Shown piece by piece: positions 18,237 through 26,951 of a stretch of 50,783 nucleotides of DNA. The position numbers and the translations under genes were made by a program. Under the pieces are notes generated by a model that saw only the letters and a program-made list of their open reading frames with translations, was not told the origin of the DNA and searched no databases. This stretch comes from an uncultured Bacteroidota bacterium (GTDB lineage: Bacteria > Bacteroidota > Bacteroidia > Flavobacteriales_F > PHOS-HE28). How positions within the stretch are numbered: position 1 is the first letter of the stretch; each line of letters opens with the position of its first letter. Location of the stretch: NCBI GenBank assembly GCA_902825795.1, contig CADECG010000005.1, forward strand, positions 1-50,783. The letters run 5' to 3'.

Positions 18237-18345
18237 GAAAGATGTGAAGACTTGAAGGGATGTGAAGATGTGATGAATGTGCGGATGTGGAGATGTGGAG
18301 CACTTCCGACCATTTTCACATCTCCCACATCTCCACATTTGCACA
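18237..18345. repeat. Quasi-periodic imperfect inverted repeat (GATGTG-type x6 / CACATC-type x3) between divergent GT4 and flippase genes
   Basis: GATGTG at 18241, 18259, 18267, 18284, 18292 and AATGTG at 18276. CACATC at 18317 and 18326, CACATT at 18334. Confidence 0.75.
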
Positions 18346-18350
18346 ACTTG

Positions 18351-18366
18351 TCCCGACGCGTCGGGA
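18351..18366. repeat. Perfect 16-bp palindrome TCCCGACGCGTCGGGA
   Basis: Read directly. It ends 8 nt before the flippase ATG. Confidence 0.8.
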
Positions 18367-18374
18367 TCATACCC

Positions 18375-19823
18375 ATGCGCCGCACCTTCCTTGCCAACCT
18401 AGCCCTGGTGCTGGTGCTCAACCTGCTGGTGAAGCCGTTCTATATCCTTGGCATCGATGCCGAGGTGCAGGAGCGGGTGGGAGTGGCGGTGTACGGTGGC
18501 TATGCCGCCTTGCTCAGTCTCAGCTTCCTGCTTAACATCCTTCTGGATCTTGGCATCACCAATTACAACACGCGCCACATCGCGCAGAACGAAGAAGCCT
18601 TGCAGCAGCGGCTCGGCGGGGTGCTGGGCGTTCGGTTGTTGCTTGTGCTGCTGTACGCGATCGTAACGCTGGTCGCGGGTCTTGTCCTTGGCTATGGCGC
18701 AGCCCAATTGGCCATGTTGGGGGTGCTTGTTTTCAATCAGGCGCTGGCCGCGACCATACTTTTCCTGCGCAGCAACCTAGCCGGTGCCCAGCGCTACGCA
18801 CAGGACAGCTTGTTGAGCGTGCTCGATAGGATCCTGCTGATCGCCATGTGCTCCTGGTTGTTGTGGGGCCGAGCCGACGATGTCCCGTTCAATATCGAAT
18901 GGTTCGTTCGGGCACAGACGATAGCATACGCGGTGGCTGCACTGGTGGCACTGATCATGGTGGTCCGCTTGGGGGCCAGTGCACGGTTGAAATGGCAGCC
19001 TGAGCTGATGACGCGGATCATGCGTGAGAGCTTTCCGTTCGCCTTGCTCATCCTGCTTATGACGATCTATTACCGCGTGGACACGCTGATGCTTGAGCGC
19101 ATGCTGCCGGACGGCGCGGCACAGGCAGGAACGTATGCGCAGGGCTTCCGCTTCTTCGAAGCGCTCAACATGCTGGGTTACTTGTTCGCTGGGTTGCTCT
19201 TACCCATGTTCAGCCGCATGCTGAAGGAGCGGGCCGATGTTGCGCCATTGGTGGGCGTTGGTTGGCGGCTTATGCTCAGCGGCTGCTTGGCAGTGGCTGT
19301 TGGCGGGGCATGGTGGGGTAGCGAGATCATGGGTCTGCGTTATGCCGATGCCTCGGATGGTGCCGTTCTTTCCTTCTCGATCCTCATGTGCTGCTTCACA
19401 GCGGTGGGCACTACGTACATCTTCGGCACTTTGCTTACTGCACGCGGCGATCTGCGCCTGCTCAACTGGATGGCGTTCGGTGGTATGGTGCTCAACGTGC
19501 TGTTGAATTTGTACATGATACCGCGCCATGGCGCACCCGGTGCGGCAATGGCCAGTCTGATCACCCAAGTGCTCACTGCTGCGGTGCAAGTGTTCATGGT
19601 GGTGCGCGTCTTCAACATGAAGCCAGGGGCGCGTCAGTTGTTAAGGGGTGCGGCTTATCTGCTTTCGATATCCGGCATTGCTTGGCTGTTGGATCGGCTG
19701 GCGTTGGGCACGGTGCCCATGCTGGCCCTCTATGCAGGCTGTGTTTGCATTCTGGCCTTCGCCACGGGTCTGGTGCGCCTGCCCCAATTGCACAGCCTTC
19801 TTCGACCTGTCGAGCGGCCATAG
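18375..19823 (+). CDS. Wzx-like oligosaccharide flippase / polysaccharide biosynthesis protein
   Basis: Multi-TM protein with LDLGITNYNTRHIA, FPFALLILLMTIYYRVDTLML and GAAMASLITQ. Confidence 0.85.
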   Translation: MRRTFLANLALVLVLNLLVKPFYILGIDAEVQERVGVAVYGGYAALLSLSFLLNILLDLGITNYNTRHIAQNEEALQQRLGGVLGVRLLLVLLYAIVTLVAGLVLGYGAAQLAMLGVLVFNQALAATILFLRSNLAGAQRYAQDSLLSVLDRILLIAMCSWLLWGRADDVPFNIEWFVRAQTIAYAVAALVALIMVVRLGASARLKWQPELMTRIMRESFPFALLILLMTIYYRVDTLMLERMLPDGAAQAGTYAQGFRFFEALNMLGYLFAGLLLPMFSRMLKERADVAPLVGVGWRLMLSGCLAVAVGGAWWGSEIMGLRYADASDGAVLSFSILMCCFTAVGTTYIFGTLLTARGDLRLLNWMAFGGMVLNVLLNLYMIPRHGAPGAAMASLITQVLTAAVQVFMVVRVFNMKPGARQLLRGAAYLLSISGIAWLLDRLALGTVPMLALYAGCVCILAFATGLVRLPQLHSLLRPVERP

Positions 19824-19871
19824 CCCTGCGGCCTTCTGTTTACTTTGCGCGCCCTCTTACCAGGCTTCTCC

Positions 19872-20894
19872 ATGACCACCGGAACGCGCGACAGCGCTGG
19901 GACTTCCTTCGACCTCGTACTCTTCCTTTGGGCACGGCGAAAGCTGATCATATGGATCACCTTGTTGGGCGCCGTCATCGGTATCGCCGCCTCGTTGATC
20001 ATCCGCAACCAGTACAAGAGCGAGGTGATCCTCTTTCCAGCGATCACCAACAGCGTTTCGAAAGCTTTGTTGAACGAGCAGAGCACCGGCCGGGACGACA
20101 TTCTGGCACTGGGCGATGAAGAGGACGCTGAGCAGCTGCTGCAAATGATACAGAGCGATCGGATACGCGATCGGGTCTGTGAGACGTACAACCTGGACAG
20201 CGTATACCGCATCGAACCCGATGATCCGCATCGCCGAACCAAGTTGGCCGAGGCGTACGACGATCATATCAAGTCCGAATACACCAAATTCGGTAGTGTT
20301 CGCGTCGAAGTACTGGATGAGAACCCGACCCGCGCCATGCACATCGCCAATGACATAGCGGCCTTGGTCGACACTGTTTGGACCGCCATGGCGCGTGAGC
20401 GCGCTGAGAAGGGTTTGAAACTGGTTACGGACAAAGTACACCAACTTGAAGATGCCATTCGCACCATCGACGATAGCATGAAAGTTTTACGGGGTCTGGG
20501 TGTTCACGACTACCATACGCAGACCGAGCGCTACAACGAATACATGGGTGCGGCTATCGTGAAAGGCGATCAACGCGCTATCAAGGAATTCGAAGAGCGG
20601 TTCAAGGTGCTTGCACAATACGGCGGTGCTTATGTCACCATGCAGGACCGCCAGTTCAACGAAGTGAAGCGATTGAGCATGATGCGCATGAAGATGGAAC
20701 AGGCCCAAGCCGATCTGGAAAGCGACATGCCCCACAAGTTCGTCGTGAACCGGGCGCAGGAAGCCGATAAGAAAAGCTACCCGATCCGCTGGTTGATCAC
20801 CGTGATGTGCATGGTGAGCGCATTCCTCTTTTCATTGGTGCTCATCGTCGTCCAAGAGAACGTGAAGAAGATCCGCGCTGCCCATGTCCGTTGA
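19872..20894 (+). CDS. Wzz/FepE-like chain-length determinant (copy 1)
   Basis: N-terminal TM, periplasmic coiled-coil, KKSYPIRWLI plus C-terminal TM. No kinase domain. Confidence 0.8.
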   Translation: MTTGTRDSAGTSFDLVLFLWARRKLIIWITLLGAVIGIAASLIIRNQYKSEVILFPAITNSVSKALLNEQSTGRDDILALGDEEDAEQLLQMIQSDRIRDRVCETYNLDSVYRIEPDDPHRRTKLAEAYDDHIKSEYTKFGSVRVEVLDENPTRAMHIANDIAALVDTVWTAMARERAEKGLKLVTDKVHQLEDAIRTIDDSMKVLRGLGVHDYHTQTERYNEYMGAAIVKGDQRAIKEFEERFKVLAQYGGAYVTMQDRQFNEVKRLSMMRMKMEQAQADLESDMPHKFVVNRAQEADKKSYPIRWLITVMCMVSAFLFSLVLIVVQENVKKIRAAHVR

Positions 20895-21816
20895 ACGCCC
20901 CTTCGAACGCTACTTCCAGTTGCTGCGCCGTAATTGGAAGTTGCTTGGTCTGGTCGCTGTGCTGGCGATCGTGATCACCATTATCCTGAGCGGCCCCATG
21001 TTCATCCGCCCGCGTTTCGTTTCGCGGGCAGTGGTGTACCCGGTGAACCTCACCAGCTATTCGATCGAAACGCGAACCGACCAGTTGTTGCAGCTGTTGG
21101 AGAGCAACAGCATCCGCGACAGCTTGATCGCGGTGTTCGAATTGCCCCGACACTATCGCTTGAAGCCAGGTGTGCCCGGCGCCAAATTCAGCTTGTACAA
21201 TGAGTTCAACGAGCGGGTCACCATTGGCAAGACACGTTTCGAGAGTGTGGAGATAGAGGTGGTCGACGAAAGTCCCGATACGGCCCAAGCGATCGTGAGC
21301 GAAATGCTCAACCAAGTGAATCTACTGGCCCGCAGGTTGCAGCGGGAGAAGTCATACGAAGTGCTGGCGATCGCAAGGCGTGCCATGACCCATGAGAAGG
21401 CCAAGCTGGACAGTGTTGAAGCCAAGCTCAAAGTGATGCGACAGGAGAGCGGACTGCTCGCCTACGAAAGCCAAACGGAGGAGCTGACCAAGGGCTACGT
21501 GCGCATGCTCACGCGGGGCGGGGGTGACCGCGCGAAAGTGGAGGCCATGATCGCCGAACTGCAGAAGACCGGGGGTGACTTCCGGCAACTGACCGAATTG
21601 AGCGATCTGTTCCGTGCGAACTACGATCGGTTGCTGAGCGAACATGAACGCGCCGTGAACGACGTGACCAAAGAACTCACGTATGTGAACGTGGTGGTGC
21701 ATCCGGAGGTGCCGGATCGGAAGATCTACCCCATACGGTGGTTGATCGTTGCCATCGGTACCGCGAGCGCGGTATTCCTGGCATTTGTGTTATTGCTCAT
21801 GCGCAAGCCCGACTGA
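20884..21816 (+). CDS. Wzz/FepE-like chain-length determinant (copy 2)
   Basis: Same layout as copy 1, with RKIYPIRWLI plus C-terminal TM. Confidence 0.8.
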   Translation: MSVERPFERYFQLLRRNWKLLGLVAVLAIVITIILSGPMFIRPRFVSRAVVYPVNLTSYSIETRTDQLLQLLESNSIRDSLIAVFELPRHYRLKPGVPGAKFSLYNEFNERVTIGKTRFESVEIEVVDESPDTAQAIVSEMLNQVNLLARRLQREKSYEVLAIARRAMTHEKAKLDSVEAKLKVMRQESGLLAYESQTEELTKGYVRMLTRGGGDRAKVEAMIAELQKTGGDFRQLTELSDLFRANYDRLLSEHERAVNDVTKELTYVNVVVHPEVPDRKIYPIRWLIVAIGTASAVFLAFVLLLMRKPD

Positions 21817-21819
21817 GCC

Positions 21820-23256
21820 ATGCTGCGGGCCTTGAAAGCGGATATGGTGCTTTGGGCTTGCCTTCTGTTCGTGGTGGTCAATGGGATCCTGGTGGGCAAT
21901 GAGGTCTACTGGCTGAGCGCGCTGCCGGCCGTGCTCCTCTGCGGCTGGGCGCTGGTAGCGCGTGTTGACCGGCTTATGTTGTTCGTCGTCTTTTGCACAC
22001 CTCTTTCCGTTAATCTCGAGGATCTCGGTGGTATTGGGATGTACCTCCCGACCGAGCCGCTCATGGTGGCCATCATGCTGCTCTTCTTCCTCAAACTCGC
22101 TATGGAGCGCAACGTGTTCGAAGCGGCGGTCTGGAAGCATCCTGTAACCTGGGCCATCTGCGCGCACTTGATCTGGATCGCCGTCTGCTGCATCCCCAGC
22201 ACCGATCCGTTGGTCTCGGTGAAGTTCCTTACAGCCCGCCTTTGGTTCGTAGTGGTGATGTACTTCGTTGCCACCAAACTCTTCGAGGACACAACGAACA
22301 TGCAACGCTTCTTCTGGCTGTATATGATCGCGCTGTCCATCGTGGTCGTGTACACCTTGGTGAACCACGCGCAACATGGTTTCGCGCAGGACCCTGCCCA
22401 CTGGGTGATGAGCCCGTTCTTCAAGGACCACACGAGCTACGGTGCCATCCTCGCCTTCATGATCCCGTTCGGCGTGGTGGCGGTGCGTATGCCCGGTTGG
22501 TCGCGCACGCGGAAGGGCGTGGCACTGCTGCTGCTCGTGCTGATCTCGGCTGGCCTCGTCTTTTCATACACCCGTGCAGCGTGGGTGAGCCTCGTGGCCG
22601 CCATCGGCGTTTTCCTCATCATGAAATGGCGTGTACCCGGCTGGCTCGTTGGCGCCGGGGCGGCGGCAACGCTCGTGGGCTATTTCATCTACCAGGACCA
22701 ACTGACGATGACCTTGGAGCGCAATCGCGACGAGAGCAGTGATGACCTGGCCGAGCACGTGAGTTCCATTGGTAACATCAGCAGCGATGCCAGCAACTTG
22801 GAACGCTTGAACCGTTGGAACAGCGCCGTGCGGATGTTCGCTGAACGACCTGTCTTCGGCTTCGGGCCGGGCACTTACATGTTCGAGTACGCACCCTTCC
22901 AAGCCTCCAGCGATCGTACGATCATCAGCACCAACTTCGGATCAGGGGGCAACGCGCACAGCGAGTACTTGGGACCGATGGCCGAGCAGGGGTTGTTGGG
23001 TATGCTACTGATGGTGATGCTGGTGGCCGTGGTATGCAACACCGCCGTGCGCCTTTGGTTGCGACTTCCACACGGTCTTGACCGCATGCTGGTGGGGGCA
23101 GCGTTCTTCGGTCTTGTGACCTACTACGTGCACGGTGTCCTGAACAACTACTTGGATACAGACAAGGCCAGTGTGCTCTTCTGGGGCAGCACCGCCATGA
23201 TCGTGGTGCTCGATATCCGGCACCCGAAGCGTACGGTGGACGAACGGACTACTTGA
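21820..23256 (+). CDS. O-antigen ligase / Wzy_C family membrane protein
   Basis: SYTRAAWV, SNLERLNRW, PVFGFGPGTY, NAHSEYL motifs in a multi-TM protein. Confidence 0.88.
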   Translation: MLRALKADMVLWACLLFVVVNGILVGNEVYWLSALPAVLLCGWALVARVDRLMLFVVFCTPLSVNLEDLGGIGMYLPTEPLMVAIMLLFFLKLAMERNVFEAAVWKHPVTWAICAHLIWIAVCCIPSTDPLVSVKFLTARLWFVVVMYFVATKLFEDTTNMQRFFWLYMIALSIVVVYTLVNHAQHGFAQDPAHWVMSPFFKDHTSYGAILAFMIPFGVVAVRMPGWSRTRKGVALLLLVLISAGLVFSYTRAAWVSLVAAIGVFLIMKWRVPGWLVGAGAAATLVGYFIYQDQLTMTLERNRDESSDDLAEHVSSIGNISSDASNLERLNRWNSAVRMFAERPVFGFGPGTYMFEYAPFQASSDRTIISTNFGSGGNAHSEYLGPMAEQGLLGMLLMVMLVAVVCNTAVRLWLRLPHGLDRMLVGAAFFGLVTYYVHGVLNNYLDTDKASVLFWGSTAMIVVLDIRHPKRTVDERTT

Positions 23257-24469
23257 ACTTGCAGGTCAGCAACGCGATATCGTCCAAGTACGGACGGCCG
23301 CTGCGATGTGCTTCGAATTTTCCCGTGATCGCCGTATTCACGGCCAAGGCACCGGTGGATGAGAAGTCGCGCAGGGCGGCCAAAAGGTGCGCGGTACCGA
23401 AGGGCTCCTCATGCGCATCCTCTTGTTCCACCAAACCATCGGTGTAGCACAATAGTGTGCAGCCCCGTGGGAGTTCGGCCGTGCCACTTTTCAGGAAGGG
23501 AAGGGTGGGCATCATGCCCAAGCCGATCCCGCCTTCGGTGAGTTCACGGGCCGAAGAGCCGGTCGTTAGGATGGGTGCATTGTGTCCGGCGTTCACGTAC
23601 TTGATCGTGCGCGACCGCAGATCGCATTCAGCGATGAAGAGCGTTATGAAGCGCTCGCCACGTGCGTTGCTGAACACTTTGTGGTTCAGGTCGTGCACCA
23701 TGCTCTCCAGTGTTTCGCCCTCGGCGTATTGCACCAGTGCCCGCAACGTTGCTTGGAAGTTGCTCATGAGCAACGAAGCCGCGATCCCCTTGCCGCTCAC
23801 GTCGGCCACGCACAACACCACACGGTCCTTGTCCTGGCGGATCACGTCGTAGTAATCGCCGCCCACTTGCCGGTGCGGCTGGTACCACGCCGCGCATTCC
23901 AGCAGATCATCGTTGGGCAGCTCGTTGGGGATGAGCATGCCCTGCATCTCGGCGGCCAGTTCCAGTTCCCGGCGGTCGCGTTCCTGCTGCAAGGCCAGCT
24001 TGCCCATGCGCTTGTTCTCCATGGCCACCACGATCAGGTTCGTGAGGGTCTGTATGAAGTTCAGGTGCTTCACCGTTGGGCTCATGCGCTGGCTCTCCTC
24101 GTCGATATCGCCCACCAGCAATAGCGCGAGCGGTTGCTCCCGGTGGAAGACCGGCACGGCCAGATCGAAGCCGCTCAACCCTTGGATGTCGATCAACGAG
24201 ATATCGGTGAACTGTCCGAACAGATGTTCAGCGTCCAGTTCGGTCTCGGATGGCGTTGTGCCGAAGGCAAGGATCCGCTCCCAGCCCTGCACACGCTTGA
24301 ACAACATGAGCCGTGTGATACCCAACTGCTCTTGCATGATGCTCTCATACAACTGCAAGAGCTCCGACGTGCCCAGGTTGTTGTTGATCGCCTTGGTAAC
24401 ATCCAGCAAGGCCTTCAGCTGGAACTCTTTCAAGTTCAACCGTTCGGAGATGCGGTCCAAGCGCGTCAT
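23249..24469 (-). CDS. SpoIIE/RsbU-type PP2C phosphatase with N-terminal GAF-like region
   Basis: ELELAAEMQ, VGGDYYD, ADVSGKGIAA, NAGHNAP, YTDGLVE, DDIALL. Confidence 0.9.
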   Translation of the reverse strand: MTRLDRISERLNLKEFQLKALLDVTKAINNNLGTSELLQLYESIMQEQLGITRLMLFKRVQGWERILAFGTTPSETELDAEHLFGQFTDISLIDIQGLSGFDLAVPVFHREQPLALLLVGDIDEESQRMSPTVKHLNFIQTLTNLIVVAMENKRMGKLALQQERDRRELELAAEMQGMLIPNELPNDDLLECAAWYQPHRQVGGDYYDVIRQDKDRVVLCVADVSGKGIAASLLMSNFQATLRALVQYAEGETLESMVHDLNHKVFSNARGERFITLFIAECDLRSRTIKYVNAGHNAPILTTGSSARELTEGGIGLGMMPTLPFLKSGTAELPRGCTLLCYTDGLVEQEDAHEEPFGTAHLLAALRDFSSTGALAVNTAITGKFEAHRSGRPYLDDIALLTCKFK

Positions 24470-24470
24470 G

Positions 24471-25391
24471 TCACAACCCCAGTTTGGCAAAGACTTCCGG
24501 CAGGCGACGGATCAAGGCGATCTCCCTGAATTTCTGACGCGCTTCCACCGCTGGTGAACCGAGCCAATTGCCGCCATCAGCGGAGTTCATGGGTGCGCTT
24601 TGTCCGAGGATCGTGGTGTTATTGCCCAAGGTGATCTTGGGTGGGCAAGCGCTCTGGCCCCACATGGTGCAATGGTCGCCGAGCGTGGTGGCACCGGCCA
24701 CCGACACTTGTGCGGCCAGCAGGCAGTGCTTGCCGATCACCACATCGTGCGCGATGTGCACCATGTTGTCCAGCTTGGTGCCAGCCCCGATGCGTGTTTC
24801 GCTACTGATCCCACGGTCCACCACACAGCCGCCGCCGATCTCCACGTCGTCCTCGATCACTACACTGCCGCACGGCGGCATCTTCTCGTGGCCGCTCGGC
24901 CTCTTTTTGTAGTAGAAACCGTCGCAGCCGATCACACTGTTCGCGTGGATGATCACGCGGTCGCCGATGGTCGTGTTCTCGTAGATCACCACGCCGGGCA
25001 TGATCAAGCAACCGGCCCCCACGGTAACGTTCGCGCCGAATACCACATTCGGGTGGATCTCGCTGCCCTCACCGATCACCGGCGTATCACTGCCCCACGC
25101 GCGGCGCGGCATGAAGTGGCGCACCAACTTGTTGTACTCGCTGCACGGATCGCTGCACACGATCAACGCCTTGCCCTCCGGGGCTTCCACTTCCTTGTTG
25201 ATGAGGATGGTGGTGGCGGCGCTCTCCAATGCCTTGCGGTAGTATTTCTCGTGGTCCACGAAGATCAGATCGCCTTCGCGCACGCGGTTCATCTCATTGA
25301 TGCCCGTAACAAGGCGTTGTGCGTTGCCGATCACGCGCCCGTCTATCATCCGCGCCACATCGGCGGCGGTCATGGGTTGCTTCAGGTCCAT
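24471..25391 (-). CDS. lpxD: Second LpxD-like hexapeptide-repeat acyltransferase
   Basis: LpxD N-domain (DLIFVDHEKY), GCDGFYYKK, IEDDVEIG, KLDNMVHIAHDVVIG. 306 aa, a paralogue of the 32649-33668 gene. Confidence 0.8.
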   Translation of the reverse strand: MDLKQPMTAADVARMIDGRVIGNAQRLVTGINEMNRVREGDLIFVDHEKYYRKALESAATTILINKEVEAPEGKALIVCSDPCSEYNKLVRHFMPRRAWGSDTPVIGEGSEIHPNVVFGANVTVGAGCLIMPGVVIYENTTIGDRVIIHANSVIGCDGFYYKKRPSGHEKMPPCGSVVIEDDVEIGGGCVVDRGISSETRIGAGTKLDNMVHIAHDVVIGKHCLLAAQVSVAGATTLGDHCTMWGQSACPPKITLGNNTTILGQSAPMNSADGGNWLGSPAVEARQKFREIALIRRLPEVFAKLGL

Positions 25392-25447
25392 CTGCCACCG
25401 CCCCGACTATTGCCCTGGCGGCTTGGCGCTAAAGGTATCCGCGCGTG

Positions 25448-25485
25448 AAAAAGGACGAAGCCCCATGGCAACACCACAGGGCTTC
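25448..25485 (-). terminator. Intrinsic terminator after efp
   Basis: Minus strand reads GAAGCCCTGTGG-TGTTG-CCATGGGGCTTC followed by GTCCTTTTT. Confidence 0.7.
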
Positions 25486-25527
25486 AATGCATTGGAACAT
25501 GTCTCCGGCGCCACCGGCGTCATGGCC

Positions 25528-26103
25528 TTACGAGCGCTTCACCTCCTTCACACGGTCCAGGTATTCGCCGCTCTCGGTGTCGATGCGCACCACGGTGCCG
25601 GCTTCCACGAAGAGGGGCACCATGATGCTGTGACCGGTCTCCAACTTGGCGGCCTTCATCACCTTGTTGGCGGTGTCGCCCTTCACAGCGTGTTCGGTGC
25701 TGGTGACCGTCAATTCAACCTGCTTGGGAGGGCGCGCGAAAATGGCCACATCGCTCTCGAAGCCGATCTGCATGATCATCTCTTCCTTCATGAATCCCAT
25801 GGCATCGCCCAACAGGGTGGCGGGCACATACAATTGCTCGAAGGTGGTGGGGTTCATCAGCACCAGATTGTCGCCTTCGCGGTAGAGGTATTGCAGTTCG
25901 TGAACCTCCACGCGCAGCACCTCGATCACCTCACCACTGCGGAAACGGTTCTCGATCTGTTTGCCGTTGCGCAATACGCGCATTTTGCCTTGGAAGAAAG
26001 CGCGCAGGTTACCGGGCGTACGGTGCTGCCATTCCATCATCTGGCAGATGTCGCCGTTGAAGCGGATGTAGGTGCCTACGCTGATGTCGTTGGTATTGGC
26101 CAT
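25528..26103 (-). CDS. efp: Translation elongation factor P (PGNLR loop variant)
   Basis: MANTNDI..., HRTPGNLRAF, MQYLY-like LQYLYREG, LETGHSIMVPLFV, IRIDT-like VRIDTESGEYLDRV. 191 aa. Confidence 0.95.
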   Translation of the reverse strand: MANTNDISVGTYIRFNGDICQMMEWQHRTPGNLRAFFQGKMRVLRNGKQIENRFRSGEVIEVLRVEVHELQYLYREGDNLVLMNPTTFEQLYVPATLLGDAMGFMKEEMIMQIGFESDVAIFARPPKQVELTVTSTEHAVKGDTANKVMKAAKLETGHSIMVPLFVEAGTVVRIDTESGEYLDRVKEVKRS

Positions 26104-26127
26104 GGGAGAGGGTTCTTTTTCGAGGCG

Positions 26128-26136
26128 GCGAAAGTA
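26128..26136 (-). promoter_or_regulatory. -7 box (TACTTTCGC) for efp
   Basis: Intergenic, 24 nt from the ATG. Confidence 0.6.
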
Positions 26137-26184
26137 GCCCGTTCCGACACTACGGCAATTCCGGGGGAAGTCAGGGAAGGAAGT

Positions 26185-26271
26185 AGTCGTGAGTTGGGAG
26201 TCGTGAGTGAATGCAGCAAATACCGCTGGCCGAGAAACAAACCGGCCAACCACGACTCTCAACTTTCGACT
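26185..26271. repeat. Nested imperfect inverted repeat upstream of efp
   Basis: AGTCGTGAGTTGGGAGTCGTG (26185-26205) vs CACGACTCTCAACTTTCGACT (26251-26271), enclosing a TGGCCG...CGGCCA hairpin. Confidence 0.7.
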
Positions 26272-26951
26272 CATCCAGCCGTAACCACTAGCGACTCCGG
26301 GGTGTAGTGCCCGCCCTCGAATTCGATCTCGGGCTCTTGCAGGCGTTCGGTGTGGATGGTGTTGAATCCATTGGTACGGAGCACGGCTTCCCACTCGGCT
26401 TGGTCGTATTTGGTGAAACCATAGCGGGTGAAGGCCATGGTTTCCATGGTGGCCTTGGTGCGCAATGCGGCAACGAATTGCCCGCCGGGCTTGAGCACGC
26501 GCTTCACTTCGCGGAGATGGGTGGCGGGGTCTTCCCAGAAGTACACCACGTTGATGCAGTAAACCCGGTCGAAGGATGCATCGGCAAAGGGCATGCGATC
26601 GCTGCTGCCGAAGTGCAATGCCAGCGTTCCGTGCTTCACCAATTCCGTGTTACGGGTTTTGGCTTCTTTCATCATCGCTAAGCTGAAGTCGAGGCCTGTC
26701 AGCTTCAGGTCCTTGGCTTTCGCGGCTAGTTCAGGGAAGAACAGCCCATTGCCGAAGCCGATCTCCAGTACGCTCATGCCATCGCGTAATTGCAGTGCGC
26801 GCCATGTTGCTTCATAGAGGTAGCGGTTGGCGGCGTTCATGCGCTCACCAACCTTCTTCGCCATCATGCCGCTGGGTTGGCGCAATTGAGCCGCCATCAT
26901 CTTCGGTGTGGGGCCTTTGAACAATAGGCGCAGGAAGTCGGGTAGCCTCAT
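26271..26951 (-). CDS. Class I SAM-dependent methyltransferase
   Basis: VLEIGFGNG, GLDFS, MPFADASFDRVYCINVVYFW, RVLKPGG. The 26951 start overlaps the upstream stop by 4 nt. Confidence 0.9.
   Translation of the reverse strand: MRLPDFLRLLFKGPTPKMMAAQLRQPSGMMAKKVGERMNAANRYLYEATWRALQLRDGMSVLEIGFGNGLFFPELAAKAKDLKLTGLDFSLAMMKEAKTRNTELVKHGTLALHFGSSDRMPFADASFDRVYCINVVYFWEDPATHLREVKRVLKPGGQFVAALRTKATMETMAFTRYGFTKYDQAEWEAVLRTNGFNTIHTERLQEPEIEFEGGHYTPESLVVTAG

Noticed and set aside
18237-18345. CRISPR array or phase-variable SSR
   Set aside because: Units are 6-8 nt, imperfect and without spacers, and no cas genes are present. The tract is not a perfect simple repeat.
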